The notes under the pieces: model-generated
Databases searched by the model: none
Told to the model about the DNA's origin: nothing
The model's input: the letters and a program-made list of their open reading frames with translations, nothing else
Shown: in pieces, positions 21,892 to 32,274 of the stretch
Position numbering within the stretch: position 1 is the stretch's first letter
Layout of the letters: each line of letters begins with the position of its first letter
NCBI GenBank assembly: GCA_963705305.1
Contig: OY970067.1
Location: forward strand, 3,808,001 to 3,872,000
Direction: 5' to 3'
Origin: an uncultured Methylomirabilota bacterium
GTDB lineage: Bacteria; Methylomirabilota; Methylomirabilia; Methylomirabilales; 2-02-FULL-66-22
DNA length: 64,000 bases
Position numbers and translations under genes: made by a program

Positions 21892-23112
21892 ATGTTCGGT
21901 TCCAGGGTGGGCGGAGGCAAAGCGGCAGAGGGTGGGAAGAAATGGCCGGGTCGGCGCGGCTGGGCTGCGGGCCTGGGCCTCCTCAGTGTCGCCGTGCTGG
22001 GGCTGCAGGTCCTGAGTGCCCCGGCCGTCGCGGCGATACCCCGGCGCACGCTCCCCACGGCGGCGGGCCCGGGCACGGCGGCCTGGATCACCATCAATGC
22101 GGCCACGGGGGAGGTCCTGGCCAGCCAGGAGCCGGATCGGCGCGGCACGCCGGCCTCCATGACGAAGATGATGCTGGCCCTCCTGGTCATGGAGGCGATT
22201 CGCGACGGGCACCTGAAACTCACGGACCCCGTCACCACCTCGGCGTGGGCGAGCCATATCGGCGGCTCGCGGGTGTACCTGAAGGAGGGGGAGGTCTTCC
22301 CCGTCGAAGACTTGATGGCGGCGGTGCTCATCGGGTCCGCCAACGATGCGGCGGTGGCGCTGGCCGAGCGCGTGTTCGGCACGGTCCAGGAGGCAGTGAG
22401 CCGAATGAACGACCGGGCCGCGGAGCTCAAACTCACGGGGACGCACTTTGCGTCGGTCCATGGGCTGCCGCCCGGCCCGGGGCAGGAGGCGGACGTGACC
22501 ACGCCGCGGGACGTGGCCCGCCTCGCCCAGGAGCTGGTGAAGTTCCCGGACATCCTCCGCTGGACCGCCACTCCCGAGGCGCCCTTCCGCCAGGGGGCCT
22601 TCATCCTCCGAAACACCAATCACCTCATCGGGCACTTCCCCGGGGCGGACGGCCTGAAGACCGGCTATTACCGGGCGGCCGGGTACAATGTGGCCGCCAC
22701 GGCGACGCGCGGCCCGCTACGCCTCATCACCGTGGTGATGGGGGCGCCCACCAACCGCGCGCGGTTCGAGGAGGCGGCCCGCCTCCTGGCGGAGGGGTTC
22801 ACCCGGTACGTCGAGGTAGTCGTGGCCAAGGCGGGGGCACCGGAAGGGGCGGAGATCCGGTTGCCGCGGGCGGCCGCCGGCTTCCGGCCCGTCACGGGGA
22901 CGGAGGTCCGGGTCCTCGTGCTCCGAGACCAGAAGGACGCGATTCACACCCAGGTGGAGCTCCAGGCCGGGCTGCGGGCGCCCCTCCCGAAGGGGCACGC
23001 GGTCGGCAGGCTGGTCGCCCGGATCGGGGACCGCGAGATCGCCCGCACCCCCGTCGTGACGCCGGCGGCGGTCTCCCGAGGCTTCTTCTGGTGGGTCACG
23101 CCGTGGCGGTGA
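21892..23112 (+). CDS. D-alanyl-D-alanine carboxypeptidase (peptidase S11)
   Basis: PASMTK (SxxK), SAND (SxN), KTGY. Confidence 0.92.
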   Translation: MFGSRVGGGKAAEGGKKWPGRRGWAAGLGLLSVAVLGLQVLSAPAVAAIPRRTLPTAAGPGTAAWITINAATGEVLASQEPDRRGTPASMTKMMLALLVMEAIRDGHLKLTDPVTTSAWASHIGGSRVYLKEGEVFPVEDLMAAVLIGSANDAAVALAERVFGTVQEAVSRMNDRAAELKLTGTHFASVHGLPPGPGQEADVTTPRDVARLAQELVKFPDILRWTATPEAPFRQGAFILRNTNHLIGHFPGADGLKTGYYRAAGYNVAATATRGPLRLITVVMGAPTNRARFEEAARLLAEGFTRYVEVVVAKAGAPEGAEIRLPRAAAGFRPVTGTEVRVLVLRDQKDAIHTQVELQAGLRAPLPKGHAVGRLVARIGDREIARTPVVTPAAVSRGFFWWVTPWR

Positions 23113-23497
23113 GGCGCGAGTGGCTGACAGGGGGGTCGGCCCCCGCGACAGCGGTCCAGGATGATGAGGTCCTCCCGGGAAATCATGGGGCGGGCTGCTC
23201 CTCGATAAGGGGTGGGAGCGGCCAGCCTGCCGTGCCGGCGCTCGGCGCAACCGGCTGCGGTGGCAGGCTGCTGATTGGCGGTCCGGAGCCTCGGGCCGCG
23301 CCGCAGGCTGCCCCGGGCCAGGGGTCCCGTCCACCTTGACAGCCCTCCAAGTCCTTATGGTAGGACTAGAGGGACAAGACCCCGGCACGTAACAACCCGG
23401 GCTAACCGATATTGGGGGCCCTGAGGGTTCCTGTGCAGACGGAGCTCGCTCCGGGCGGAGCGAGGCTTCCGTCATGGTCGGTCTGTCCGGAGGAAGG

Positions 23498-25450
23498 ATG
23501 CACATGACTCTGAACGCGCTCTTCAGTCCCTTCGCGATCGGATCGCTGCAGCTGAAGAACCGGATCGTGATGCCGCCCATGGCGACCAACTACGCCTCGC
23601 CCGAGGGCCTGGTGACCGAGCGGCAGATCGCCTACTACCTGGAGCGTGCCAAAGGAGGCGTGGGGTACATCACCGTCGAGCATACGGGCATCCTCCAGCA
23701 GGGAAAGGCCAGCCCGAGGATGCTCCTCCTAAGTTCCGACGCGCACGCCGTCGCTCTGGAGAGGCTCGTTGACGCGGCCCACGCCGCCGGGGCCAAGATC
23801 GTCGTTCAGATCAGCCACGCCGGAAGGCAGACCTCCGCGGCGATCACCGGAATGCCCATCGTCGGGCCGTCCCCCCTCGCCTGCCCGACCCGCACCGAGA
23901 TCCCCCGGGCACTTTCCGCGGGGGAGATCGAGGCGTTGACCGAGGCCTTCGGGGTGGCGGCCGAGCGCGCGAAGCGCGCGGGCGCCGATGGGGTCGAGCT
24001 GCACATGGCTCATGGGTATCTCCTCTGCGCCTTTCTCTCCCCCTTCTCCAACCGGCGGAGCGACCAGTACGGAGGGGATCTCGAGGGCCGCACGCGGTTC
24101 CCCCGGGAGGTCCTGACGGCCGTGCGCCACCGGGTCGGTCCCACGTTCCCCATCGTGTGCCGGCTCAGCGCCGACGAGTATGTGGAGGGGGGCCTGCGCA
24201 TCGAGGAGACGGTTCGGATCGCGCAGCTGCTGGAGCAGGCGGGCGCCGACGCCCTCCACGTGTCGGCCTGCAACGCGGCATCGGCGTACCTGAACCAGCC
24301 GCCGTACTACGTGGACGAGGGAGTGTTCGTCCCGCTGGCCCAGGCCATCAAGGCGGCGGTTCGGATCCCCGTGATCACGGTCGGGCGCATCCGGAATCCG
24401 GTCATGGCCGACCAGATCATCCGAGAGGACAAGGCCGATCTCGTCTCCATGGGCCGGGCGCTGATTGCCGACCCCTCCCTGCCGCAGAAAGCCGAAGCCG
24501 GGCGGTTGGAGGCCATTGTCCCCTGCCTGTCGTGCAACCGATGCATCCAGACCCTGCGGAAAGACGCCGTGCGATGCACCGTCAATCCGGAGGCGGGCAA
24601 CGAACGCCTCTTCCGCGTCGCGAGAGTGGATCACCCCAAGAAGGTCTGGGTAGTGGGCGGCGGCCCCGGCGGACTCAAGGCGGCTGAGATCGCCACCCTT
24701 CGGGGGCATGAGGTGACGCTTTTCGAGCGGACGCCGCGACTGGGCGGCCGTATGATTTGCGCCGCACTCCCCCCCAAGAAGGCCGTCCTGAACGAATACC
24801 GGGAGTACCTGGAGCGGCGGGTCAAGGAGTTGCAGGTCACGCTGCACCTGGGGACGGAGTGCACTGCGGCGATGGTGGCCACGGGGAAACCGGAGGCCGT
24901 GATCGTAGCCTCCGGCTCGCGCCCCCTGATGCCCGAGTGGCCGGGGGTAGGGGACAGCGGGGCCATTCCTGCCGACGCCGCCTTCGAGGAGAACGTTTCC
25001 GTGGGACGGCGGGTGCTCGTGGTGGGCGGCAGCGGGATCGGAGCGGAGACGGCCGATTACCTGTCGGAGATGGGAAGACAGGTCACCCTCGTCGAGATGT
25101 TGGGCCAGATCGCCTCAGACTTCGTGCTCCACCTGCAACATTACTTGTCGCAGCGGCTGGCCGAAAAGGGAGTCACGGTCCTCACCTCGACCCGCGTGAC
25201 GGCAGTGGGAAAGGGATGGGCGCAGGTGGAAGACGCCGCGGGGACCCGCCGACTCGATGGGTTCGACACCATCGTGCTCGCCGTCGGCTCGAAGCCGGAC
25301 GATCGCCTTGCCAAGGATCTGACGGGCCAGGTGCCGGAGCTCTACGTGATCGGGGACGCCTCCAGGCCGGGGGAGATCCTGCAGGCTGTCTACGACGCCG
25401 AGGATTCGGCGATCAAGATCGGCGCTGCCGGGATTCAGGTGGGCACTTGA
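23498..25450 (+). CDS. NADH:flavin oxidoreductase (OYE + Fe-S + FAD; 2,4-dienoyl-CoA reductase-like)
   Basis: KNRIVMPPM, ELHMAHGYL, NRRSDQYGG, CLSCNRC, GGGPGG. Confidence 0.92.
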   Translation: MHMTLNALFSPFAIGSLQLKNRIVMPPMATNYASPEGLVTERQIAYYLERAKGGVGYITVEHTGILQQGKASPRMLLLSSDAHAVALERLVDAAHAAGAKIVVQISHAGRQTSAAITGMPIVGPSPLACPTRTEIPRALSAGEIEALTEAFGVAAERAKRAGADGVELHMAHGYLLCAFLSPFSNRRSDQYGGDLEGRTRFPREVLTAVRHRVGPTFPIVCRLSADEYVEGGLRIEETVRIAQLLEQAGADALHVSACNAASAYLNQPPYYVDEGVFVPLAQAIKAAVRIPVITVGRIRNPVMADQIIREDKADLVSMGRALIADPSLPQKAEAGRLEAIVPCLSCNRCIQTLRKDAVRCTVNPEAGNERLFRVARVDHPKKVWVVGGGPGGLKAAEIATLRGHEVTLFERTPRLGGRMICAALPPKKAVLNEYREYLERRVKELQVTLHLGTECTAAMVATGKPEAVIVASGSRPLMPEWPGVGDSGAIPADAAFEENVSVGRRVLVVGGSGIGAETADYLSEMGRQVTLVEMLGQIASDFVLHLQHYLSQRLAEKGVTVLTSTRVTAVGKGWAQVEDAAGTRRLDGFDTIVLAVGSKPDDRLAKDLTGQVPELYVIGDASRPGEILQAVYDAEDSAIKIGAAGIQVGT

Positions 25451-25639
25451 CGCCTGCGCGGAGCGACTGGGGCAGGCGAGAGCTGGCCGCAACCCCTCCG
25501 ACGGAGTCACCTTTCACTAGCTCGGCAGAGGCCAGGGGCAGGAAGGCCTCATCCGGGTCCTCCTCTCAGAAGGAGGCCAGCCTGAGGCCCGCCTGACGCA
25601 CTACCCCGGATCCAGGCCTGAGCACGGCGGGCGAGTTGC

Positions 25640-26100
25640 GAGCCCCGGTAAGTCTTCGCCAAGGCATTGGCCGCCCGCAGCTTGTCCTCCTTGGTGACCC
25701 TGGCGTCGATCGTGGTCGCCTTGATGCTCGCGTGCACCACTTACTCCTGGACGACCGCCAGGTCGTTCCCGCTGGCCCGGTCCAGGTGGGTGGCGTAGGT
25801 GTGCCGACAACTGTGAGTGGCGTACCGGGGATCCAGCCCCACGGCCGCCATGAGGCCTTTCACCACCCGCCAGACCCCCTTCCGGGTGAGGGGCCCCCGC
25901 TGGCCGAGGAAGACCGGGGCCTCCTCGGACACATTCTCCCCAAGGTCCCGCTTCCAGGTCAGGAAGGCTTTCAGGTGCGTCTTGAGGTCCGGGGGGATGA
26001 AGACCTCCCGCTGCTTGTTCCCTTTGCCCTGGCGGACCGCCAGTGAGGCCTGGCCGTAGCCCAGGAGGCAGTCCCGGACTTGGGGGCCGGCCACCTCGGA
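25640..26100 (-). pseudogene. XerD-like tyrosine recombinase remnant (copy B)
   Basis: QGKGNKQREV, HSCRHTYATHL, internal TAA before HASIK. Confidence 0.8.
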
Positions 26101-26382
26101 GGCCCGGAGGCCGGAAGAGAGAAGGGGGTCGAGCAGGCCCCAGGACCGGATCGGCCCTGTAGTGCCCTGCTGGCGGGCCTGGGTTGCCCGAGATTCGGCG
26201 AACCGGCGGAGGCGGGTCAGGTTCCTCCGCGGTCAGAGAACGGATCTCGTGCTGGACGGTAGGCATGAGCGCATCTCCTTGCATCGCAGCTGACCCGACC
26301 GCCGCCGGCCGCGCGCCAGGGTGAAGCTCATTCCCCGGGACCCCCGGAGCGGCTACATGCGCCACCCCGAGGCGATCGGGCG

Positions 26383-26697
26383 TCAGGCCAGAGTGTTCGC
26401 TGGGCGGCCTCGGGCAGAGCGGGCGGTCCGGAGGCGGTCTGCCGCCGCGCGCCGTTGCTCCACGGTCCCCGCCCGACCGGGCCCTGGCCGGCGCACTCGG
26501 ATCGCGGGGAGGGGAACCACCCAGAAGGCCGAGGTCGCCTTCCCGTCGCGCTCCGTGACCTGCTTCGGGGCCCCGTACAGCCGCTCGAGCTTCCGGCTCC
26601 ACTCCGGCCAGGTGGAGCAGATGTGCGCTTGCCGATCCTGGCGATCGAGCCGGATCGTGACTTCCATCTCGTCCTGCGAGTTCCCGCCGTAGTTCAC
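26383..26697 (-). CDS. Phage/mobile-element-type hypothetical protein
   Basis: GTG start with GGGAG RBS; EVTIRLD..AHICSTW..RKLERL...EQRRAAADRL. Confidence 0.55.
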   Translation of the reverse strand: MNYGGNSQDEMEVTIRLDRQDRQAHICSTWPEWSRKLERLYGAPKQVTERDGKATSAFWVVPLPAIRVRRPGPGRAGTVEQRRAAADRLRTARSARGRPANTLA

Positions 26698-26801
26698 CCG
26701 GTCTCCCTTTCCGGTTGCGCGGGGGTTGCGTTCCGTGCTATGAATTGCCATCCTTTGCAGCCCTAACTCCTTAAGTTCTCGCCACCATTGACCCGATCCC
26801 T

Positions 26802-26820
26802 GAGTTTTTCCTTGACAAAG
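26802..26820 (+). repeat. att core, right copy GAGTTTTTCCTTGACAAAG
   Basis: Matches 9016-9034. Confidence 0.85.
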
Positions 26821-26840
26821 TGGTGGGCCCGTCGAAAAAT
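26812..26840 (+). promoter_or_regulatory. Putative sigma70 promoter of the gcv operon
   Basis: TTGACA-17 nt-AAAAAT. Confidence 0.45.
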
Positions 26841-27005
26841 CGCGGCGGTTTCCATGCGCCGATCCCGCGCGGAGGCCAGGCTCCAATGATCCGGCACGTT
26901 GCCTCACTCCGGCCCTTCCATTCCGGTCCTTGTCGGCTACTCTGCCGGTAGAGTCGCCGACCGCGTGCCGTTTTTGCACCACAGCCCTCGGGTTCATCCG
27001 GGAGG

Positions 27006-28118
27006 ATGACGATGACCGCTCCTGAGCCGCCCCTCAAGCAGACTTCCCTCAACGCCCTGCATCGCCAGATGGGGGCCAAGATGGTTCCCTTCGGCGGATG
27101 GGACATGCCGGTCCAGTATAGCGGGATCATCGAAGAACATCGGGCGGTGCGTAGCGCGGCGGGGCTCTTCGACGTTTCTCACATGGGGGAGGTCGAGTTC
27201 GAGGGGCCGGATGCCCTGGCGGCGGTGCAGCGGCTGACCTGCAACGACGCCGCCCGCTTGCGGGTGGGGCAGATCCAGTACTCGGCCCTGACCACCGAGG
27301 CGGGGACGTTCGTGGACGACATCACCGTGTACCGGCTGGGCGAGAACGATTTCATGTTCACGCTGAACGCCGCCAACATCCCCAAGGACTTGGCCTGGAT
27401 CCGCGAGCACACCTCCGGGCAGGTCCGTGTGACGGACCTCAGCGCGCAGACCGGCCTGTTGGCCCTCCAGGGGCCCAGGGCGGTGGAGATCCTCCAGCAG
27501 CTCGCTAAGCCGGAGGTGGGTGAGCTGCCCTACTACTGGTTCCGGCGGGGGGAGATCCTGGGCGAGGAAGCCGTCGTCTCGCGGACCGGGTACACCGGCG
27601 AGGACGGCTTCGAGATCTACGTGCGGGCGCGGAGCGCGGCGACCATCTGGCAGGCCCTTCTAGAGGTGGGCGAGCCGCTGGGCATGCTGCCGTGCGGGCT
27701 GGGGGCGCGGGACACCCTGCGGCTGGAGGCCAAGATGGCCCTCTATGGGAACGACATTGACGAAGAGCATACGGTCCTGGAGGCCGATCTGGGGTGGATC
27801 GTAAAGCTGGACAAGGGAGAATTCATCGGCCGTAATGCTCTGGCTACGCAGAAGTCCGAAGGGGTGCGGCGGAAGCTCGTGGGGTTCGAGATGGTCGGGC
27901 GAGGCATCGCGCGACCGCACTATCCCATCGTCAAGGACGGGAAGCCCATCGGCGTCGTGACCAGCGGCGGGCCGGCGCCCTGGCTGGGAAAGAATATCGG
28001 TCTGGGGTACGTGGAAGCGGGACGCGCTGCCGTGGGGACGGAATTCGCCGTGGTGATCCGGGACCAGCCGGTGGAGGCGCGGGTCGTTCGCACACCGTTC
28101 TACAAGCGCGCACGCTAA
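27006..28118 (+). CDS. gcvT: Glycine cleavage system aminomethyltransferase T
   Basis: FGGWDMPVQY, FDVSHMG, RTGYTGEDGFE, GLGARDTLRLE. Confidence 0.97.
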   Translation: MTMTAPEPPLKQTSLNALHRQMGAKMVPFGGWDMPVQYSGIIEEHRAVRSAAGLFDVSHMGEVEFEGPDALAAVQRLTCNDAARLRVGQIQYSALTTEAGTFVDDITVYRLGENDFMFTLNAANIPKDLAWIREHTSGQVRVTDLSAQTGLLALQGPRAVEILQQLAKPEVGELPYYWFRRGEILGEEAVVSRTGYTGEDGFEIYVRARSAATIWQALLEVGEPLGMLPCGLGARDTLRLEAKMALYGNDIDEEHTVLEADLGWIVKLDKGEFIGRNALATQKSEGVRRKLVGFEMVGRGIARPHYPIVKDGKPIGVVTSGGPAPWLGKNIGLGYVEAGRAAVGTEFAVVIRDQPVEARVVRTPFYKRAR

Positions 28119-28134
28119 CCCTGATCCGAAAGAA

Positions 28135-28229
28135 CTGTTGAACCGCCATGACGCCAAGGCCCCCCTTTCAATTCCGAAATTCGAACTTCGGAATCCGAAT
28201 TTCCTTTTGGCGCCCTGGCGGTGAGACAT
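28135..28229. repeat. CGCCAAG/TTCGAA composite repeat
   Basis: Similar to 41044-41138 and 47300-47361. Confidence 0.75.
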
Positions 28230-28275
28230 CTTCGGATTGGGGTTAATATAATGCGTCTAAAATCTCTTGACATTT

Positions 28276-28345
28276 CGTCACCCCGGCGAACGCCGGGGTC
28301 CAGGACTGTGGTTTGACTGGATTCCGGCGTGCGCCGGAATGACGG
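28276..28345. repeat. REP-like inverted pair (GTCACCCCGGCGAACGCCGGGGTCCAG...CTGGATTCCGGCGTGCGCCGGAATGAC)
   Basis: Two hairpins in inverted orientation. Confidence 0.7.
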
Positions 28346-28679
28346 AGCGGGAGCCTGGGTGCCGGCTGGAGTTTACCCCAGTGAAAACCGGGGCCGGCAA
28401 GACGGCCCCGCAAAAGTAAAGAAGCGTTGGATGCATCAGGCTGGCGATCCATCCTAGAAGGTTGTGCGAGAAGTTCATCATCGCCCTAGACGCCCCTTTT
28501 GGGCGGCGGCGCCCGCGTAGCCGCCCGAAGAGTGGGTGCAGGCCGAGCGGTATCGGGTACCCACCCGGGTCCCCCTGGGCGGGGTGGGTGTGGTCCCAGG
28601 GCTCGGAGGGGCGGCTGCGGGGGCTGTGAAGTTATCGGACAACCCTCAGGTGCGGGACACGAGCCGGAAGGAGATAAGC

Positions 28680-29069
28680 ATGTACCCAGCCGATCTGAAA
28701 TACAGCCGGGAGCACGAGTGGATTAAGGTGGAAGGGGACCGCGGACGCGTCGGCATCACGGACCATGCCCAGAACTCGCTGGGCGACGTGGTGTTCGTCG
28801 AGCTGCCGAAACTGGGACGGGCGGTCAAGCAGATGGAGACCTTCGGGGTGGTGGAGTCGGTGAAGGCGGTGTCGGACCTCTACTCGCCGGTGACCGGCGA
28901 GGTGGTGGAGGTCAACGCGGTACTGGAGCAGAAGCCGGAGCTGGTCAACAAGGACTGTTACGGCGCCGGCTGGATGATCGTGGTGAAGATCGCCGATCCG
29001 AAAGAGCTGAGCAATCTGATGGATGCCCCGGCGTACGAGAAGTATGTTGCTGCCGAAGGAGGCCACTGA
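28680..29069 (+). CDS. gcvH: Glycine cleavage system H protein
   Basis: YSREHEW, GITDHAQ, VESVKAVSD (lipoyl Lys); AAGGAG RBS. Confidence 0.97.
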   Translation: MYPADLKYSREHEWIKVEGDRGRVGITDHAQNSLGDVVFVELPKLGRAVKQMETFGVVESVKAVSDLYSPVTGEVVEVNAVLEQKPELVNKDCYGAGWMIVVKIADPKELSNLMDAPAYEKYVAAEGGH

Positions 29070-29076
29070 TGCCCAG

Positions 29077-29309
29077 CAGGGTGCTGAAAAAGGTCCACCT
29101 GCAGAGACCCAGCCTTCGGCTGGGTGCCCCGCGCGCTCTCGCGACGCTGCGACGTACCCGTCAGTACGCCTCGCGCCTGCACCCATCCTCACGGATGGGT
29201 ACCCGGCGCGCCGCCTTGCCGTTCGGCGGGCTCACGGTCCCGAGCGAAGTCGAGGGACATCTGGACCTTTTTGAGCCGCCTGAGGGAAAGCGAGTTTTTC
29301 AGGACCCCG
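29077..29309. mobile_element. MITE-like element copy 4 with nested palindromes
   Basis: Same family as 4192-4404. Confidence 0.8.
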
Positions 29310-29379
29310 TTAGGCAAAGTCGCTTGCCGGGTGCCGCCTGCCGCGCGCGACAGCAGCGGGCGGACGGGGAGGGCCGCTG

Positions 29380-30726
29380 ATGCGGTACATCCCGAACACG
29401 GATCGGGACCGGCGGGAGATGCTCCAGGCGATCGGCGCCCCGTCGGTCGAAACGCTTTTCGCCGATATTCCCAAAGACCTGCGCCTCGGGCGGCGCCTCC
29501 GCATCCCACCGGCGCTGGCCGAGGCCGAGCTGGTCCGGGAGATGCGGCGCCTGGCGGACCGGAACGCCGACGCCGACCGCTACAGCCTGTTCCTGGGCGC
29601 GGGCTGTTACAATCACTTCAGCCCCGCCGTCATCACCCACCTGGTCCTCCGCGGGGAATTCCTGACCTCCTACACCCCCTACCAGCCGGAGATCTCCCAG
29701 GGGACCTTGCAGGCCCTCTTCGAGTATCAGACGCTGGTGTGCCAGCTCACCGGGATGGAGGTGAGCAATGCCTCCATGTACGAGGGGGCTTCGGCCACCG
29801 CTGAGGCGGTGCTCATGGCCCACCGCATCACCGGCCGCCATGAGGTGGTGGTCAGCCGGGCTCTCCACCCCGAGTACCGCCAGGTCAGCCGCACTTATAC
29901 CGCCCAGCTCGGATTGACCTTCAAGGAGGTCCCCTTCACCGAAGCCGGGGCGACCGACCTGGGGGCGGTCACGGCGGCTCTCACCCCCGAGACGGCCTGC
30001 CTGGTGGTGCAGTACCCGAACTTCTTCGGGGGGGTCGAGGATCTGGCGCCCCTGGCCGAGGCCGCGCATGCCGTGGGCGCGCTGTTTCTGGTCTCCGTGG
30101 CCGAGCCCATCGCCCTCGGCCTGCTCAAGGCACCGGGCGAGTGCGGCGCGGACATCGTCACCGGGGAGGGGCAGGCCCTGGGCGTCGGGCCGAGCTACGG
30201 CGGGCCCGCCTTGGGTCTGTTCGCCACCCGCGAGGCGTTCGTCCGCCACATGCCGGGGCGCCTGGTGGGCCAGACGGTCGACCGGGAGGGACGCACGGGC
30301 TACGTGCTCACGTTGGCGACGCGTGAGCAGCATATCCGCCGGGAGAAGGCGACCTCCAACATCTGCACCAGCGAGTCGCTGATCGCGCTGATGGCGACCA
30401 TCTACCTGGTGAGTCTGGGCCCCCGCGGACTGCGCGAGGTGGCCGAGCTGAACCTCCGGAAGGCCGCCTACGCCAAGACGCGGTTCGGCCGGGTGCCGGG
30501 GTGCCGGGTGCGCTTTGGGGGGCCCAGCTTCAACGAGTTCGTCCTGCGCCTGAAGCGGCGGCCGGATCGGGTCCTCGGCCACTTGCGCCGGCGGCGGATC
30601 GTCGGCGGGCTGGATCTCGGACGATTCTATCCCGAGCTGGAGGACTGCATCCTGGTCTGCGTGACGGAGCAGAACACGCGCGAGGAGATTGACGCCATGG
30701 CGGATGCCTTGGAGGGGCTGCGATGA
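29380..30726 (+). CDS. gcvPA: Glycine dehydrogenase subunit 1
   Basis: YTPYQPEISQG, REQHIRREKATSNICT. Confidence 0.97.
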   Translation: MRYIPNTDRDRREMLQAIGAPSVETLFADIPKDLRLGRRLRIPPALAEAELVREMRRLADRNADADRYSLFLGAGCYNHFSPAVITHLVLRGEFLTSYTPYQPEISQGTLQALFEYQTLVCQLTGMEVSNASMYEGASATAEAVLMAHRITGRHEVVVSRALHPEYRQVSRTYTAQLGLTFKEVPFTEAGATDLGAVTAALTPETACLVVQYPNFFGGVEDLAPLAEAAHAVGALFLVSVAEPIALGLLKAPGECGADIVTGEGQALGVGPSYGGPALGLFATREAFVRHMPGRLVGQTVDREGRTGYVLTLATREQHIRREKATSNICTSESLIALMATIYLVSLGPRGLREVAELNLRKAAYAKTRFGRVPGCRVRFGGPSFNEFVLRLKRRPDRVLGHLRRRRIVGGLDLGRFYPELEDCILVCVTEQNTREEIDAMADALEGLR

Positions 30727-32252
30727 GCGGTCCGGAGGAGAGCGCAGGGGCGCGGGGGCTGGTGTTCAACGAGCCGCTGATCTTCGAGCGCAGTTCACCG
30801 GGGCGCGTCGGATACTCGCTGCCGGCCTGCGACGTGCCCGAGAAGCGGGTGGAGTCCCTGGTGCCGGCCCATCTGCTGCGGGCGGACATCCCGGGACTCC
30901 CCGAAGTCAGCGAGGTGGACGTGGTGCGCCACTTCACCCGGATCTCGCAGTGGAATTTCGGCATCGACCTGGGGTTCTATCCGCTCGGCTCCTGCACCAT
31001 GAAGTACAACCCGCGAATCAACGAGGATATGGTGCGGCTGCCCGGCTTTGCGAAGCTGCATCCCTACCTTCCCGACGAACTGGCCCAGGGGGCTTTGCGG
31101 CTGATGTGGGAGCTGGAGCGCTACCTGGCGGACGTGAGCGGGCTGGACCGGGTCTCGCTTCAGCCGTCGGCGGGCGCCCACGGGGAGCTGACCGGGGTCA
31201 TGATGATCCGGGCCTACCACCAGTCGAAGGGCAACCCGCGCCAGACGATCATCATCCCCGAATCCGCCCACGGCACCAATCCGGCCAGCTCGGCCCTGTG
31301 CGGGTATCGCGTTCTGCCCGTCAAGTCGGGTCCCCGCGGCGTGGTGGAGCCCACGGCCGTGGCGGAGGCCATGAGCGACCAGGTGGCTGCCATCATGATC
31401 ACCAACCCCAACACCCTGGGCTTGTTCGAAGAGCACATCGCCGAGATCGCCGAGATCGTGCATGCCAAGGGCGGGCAGGTATACTGCGACGGGGCCAACC
31501 TCAACGCCGTCATGGGCGTCTCGCGCCCCGGCGATTGGGGGGTGGACGTCATGCAGATCAATCTCCACAAGACTTTTTCCCAGCCCCATGGGGGCGGGGG
31601 TCCCGGGGCTGGACCGATCGCGATCCGGCGGCATCTGGCCCCCTTCATGCCGATCCCCACGGTGGAGAAGCAGGGGGACGCCTTCCGCCTGGAGTACGAC
31701 CGGCCGAAATCCATCGGGAAGGTGCGCGCCTTTGCCAGCAGCTTCGGGGTCATGGTCCGGGCCTACGCCTACATCCGCAGCCTGGGGCCGGACGGCGTGC
31801 GGCGCGCCGCCGAGACCGCCGTGCTGAACGCCAACTACATCATGAGTCGCCTCAAAGGATTCTACCGCCTGCCCTACGACCGTCCCTGCAAGCACGAGTG
31901 CGTCTTCTCGGATGCCGAGCAGGTCAAGCACGGCGTGAAGACCCTGGACATCGCCAAGCGGCTGATGGATTACGGCTTTCACCCGCCGACGATCTACTTC
32001 CCGCTGATCGTGGCGGGGGCGCTCATGATCGAGCCAACCGAGACGGAGAGCAAGGAGACGCTGGACCAGTTCATCACCGCCATGCGGGCGATCGCGCGGG
32101 AGGCCGAGGAGCAGCCGGACCTCGTCCGGGAGGCCCCCCACACCCCGCGGGTCGGCCGCATGGACGAGACCCGGGCGGCGCGCCAGCCCGTCCTGCGCTG
32201 GCGTCCCGGACGGCGAGCGGCGGGCGGGGACGGGGAACCGCCGGCCTCCTGA
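30723..32252 (+). CDS. gcvPB: Glycine dehydrogenase subunit 2
   Basis: PLGSCTMKYNP, NLHKTF..PHGGGGPG, IEPTETE. Confidence 0.97.
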   Translation: MSGPEESAGARGLVFNEPLIFERSSPGRVGYSLPACDVPEKRVESLVPAHLLRADIPGLPEVSEVDVVRHFTRISQWNFGIDLGFYPLGSCTMKYNPRINEDMVRLPGFAKLHPYLPDELAQGALRLMWELERYLADVSGLDRVSLQPSAGAHGELTGVMMIRAYHQSKGNPRQTIIIPESAHGTNPASSALCGYRVLPVKSGPRGVVEPTAVAEAMSDQVAAIMITNPNTLGLFEEHIAEIAEIVHAKGGQVYCDGANLNAVMGVSRPGDWGVDVMQINLHKTFSQPHGGGGPGAGPIAIRRHLAPFMPIPTVEKQGDAFRLEYDRPKSIGKVRAFASSFGVMVRAYAYIRSLGPDGVRRAAETAVLNANYIMSRLKGFYRLPYDRPCKHECVFSDAEQVKHGVKTLDIAKRLMDYGFHPPTIYFPLIVAGALMIEPTETESKETLDQFITAMRAIAREAEEQPDLVREAPHTPRVGRMDETRAARQPVLRWRPGRRAAGGDGEPPAS

Positions 32253-32274
32253 CCGGGCGCGGGGAAGAAGGCAC

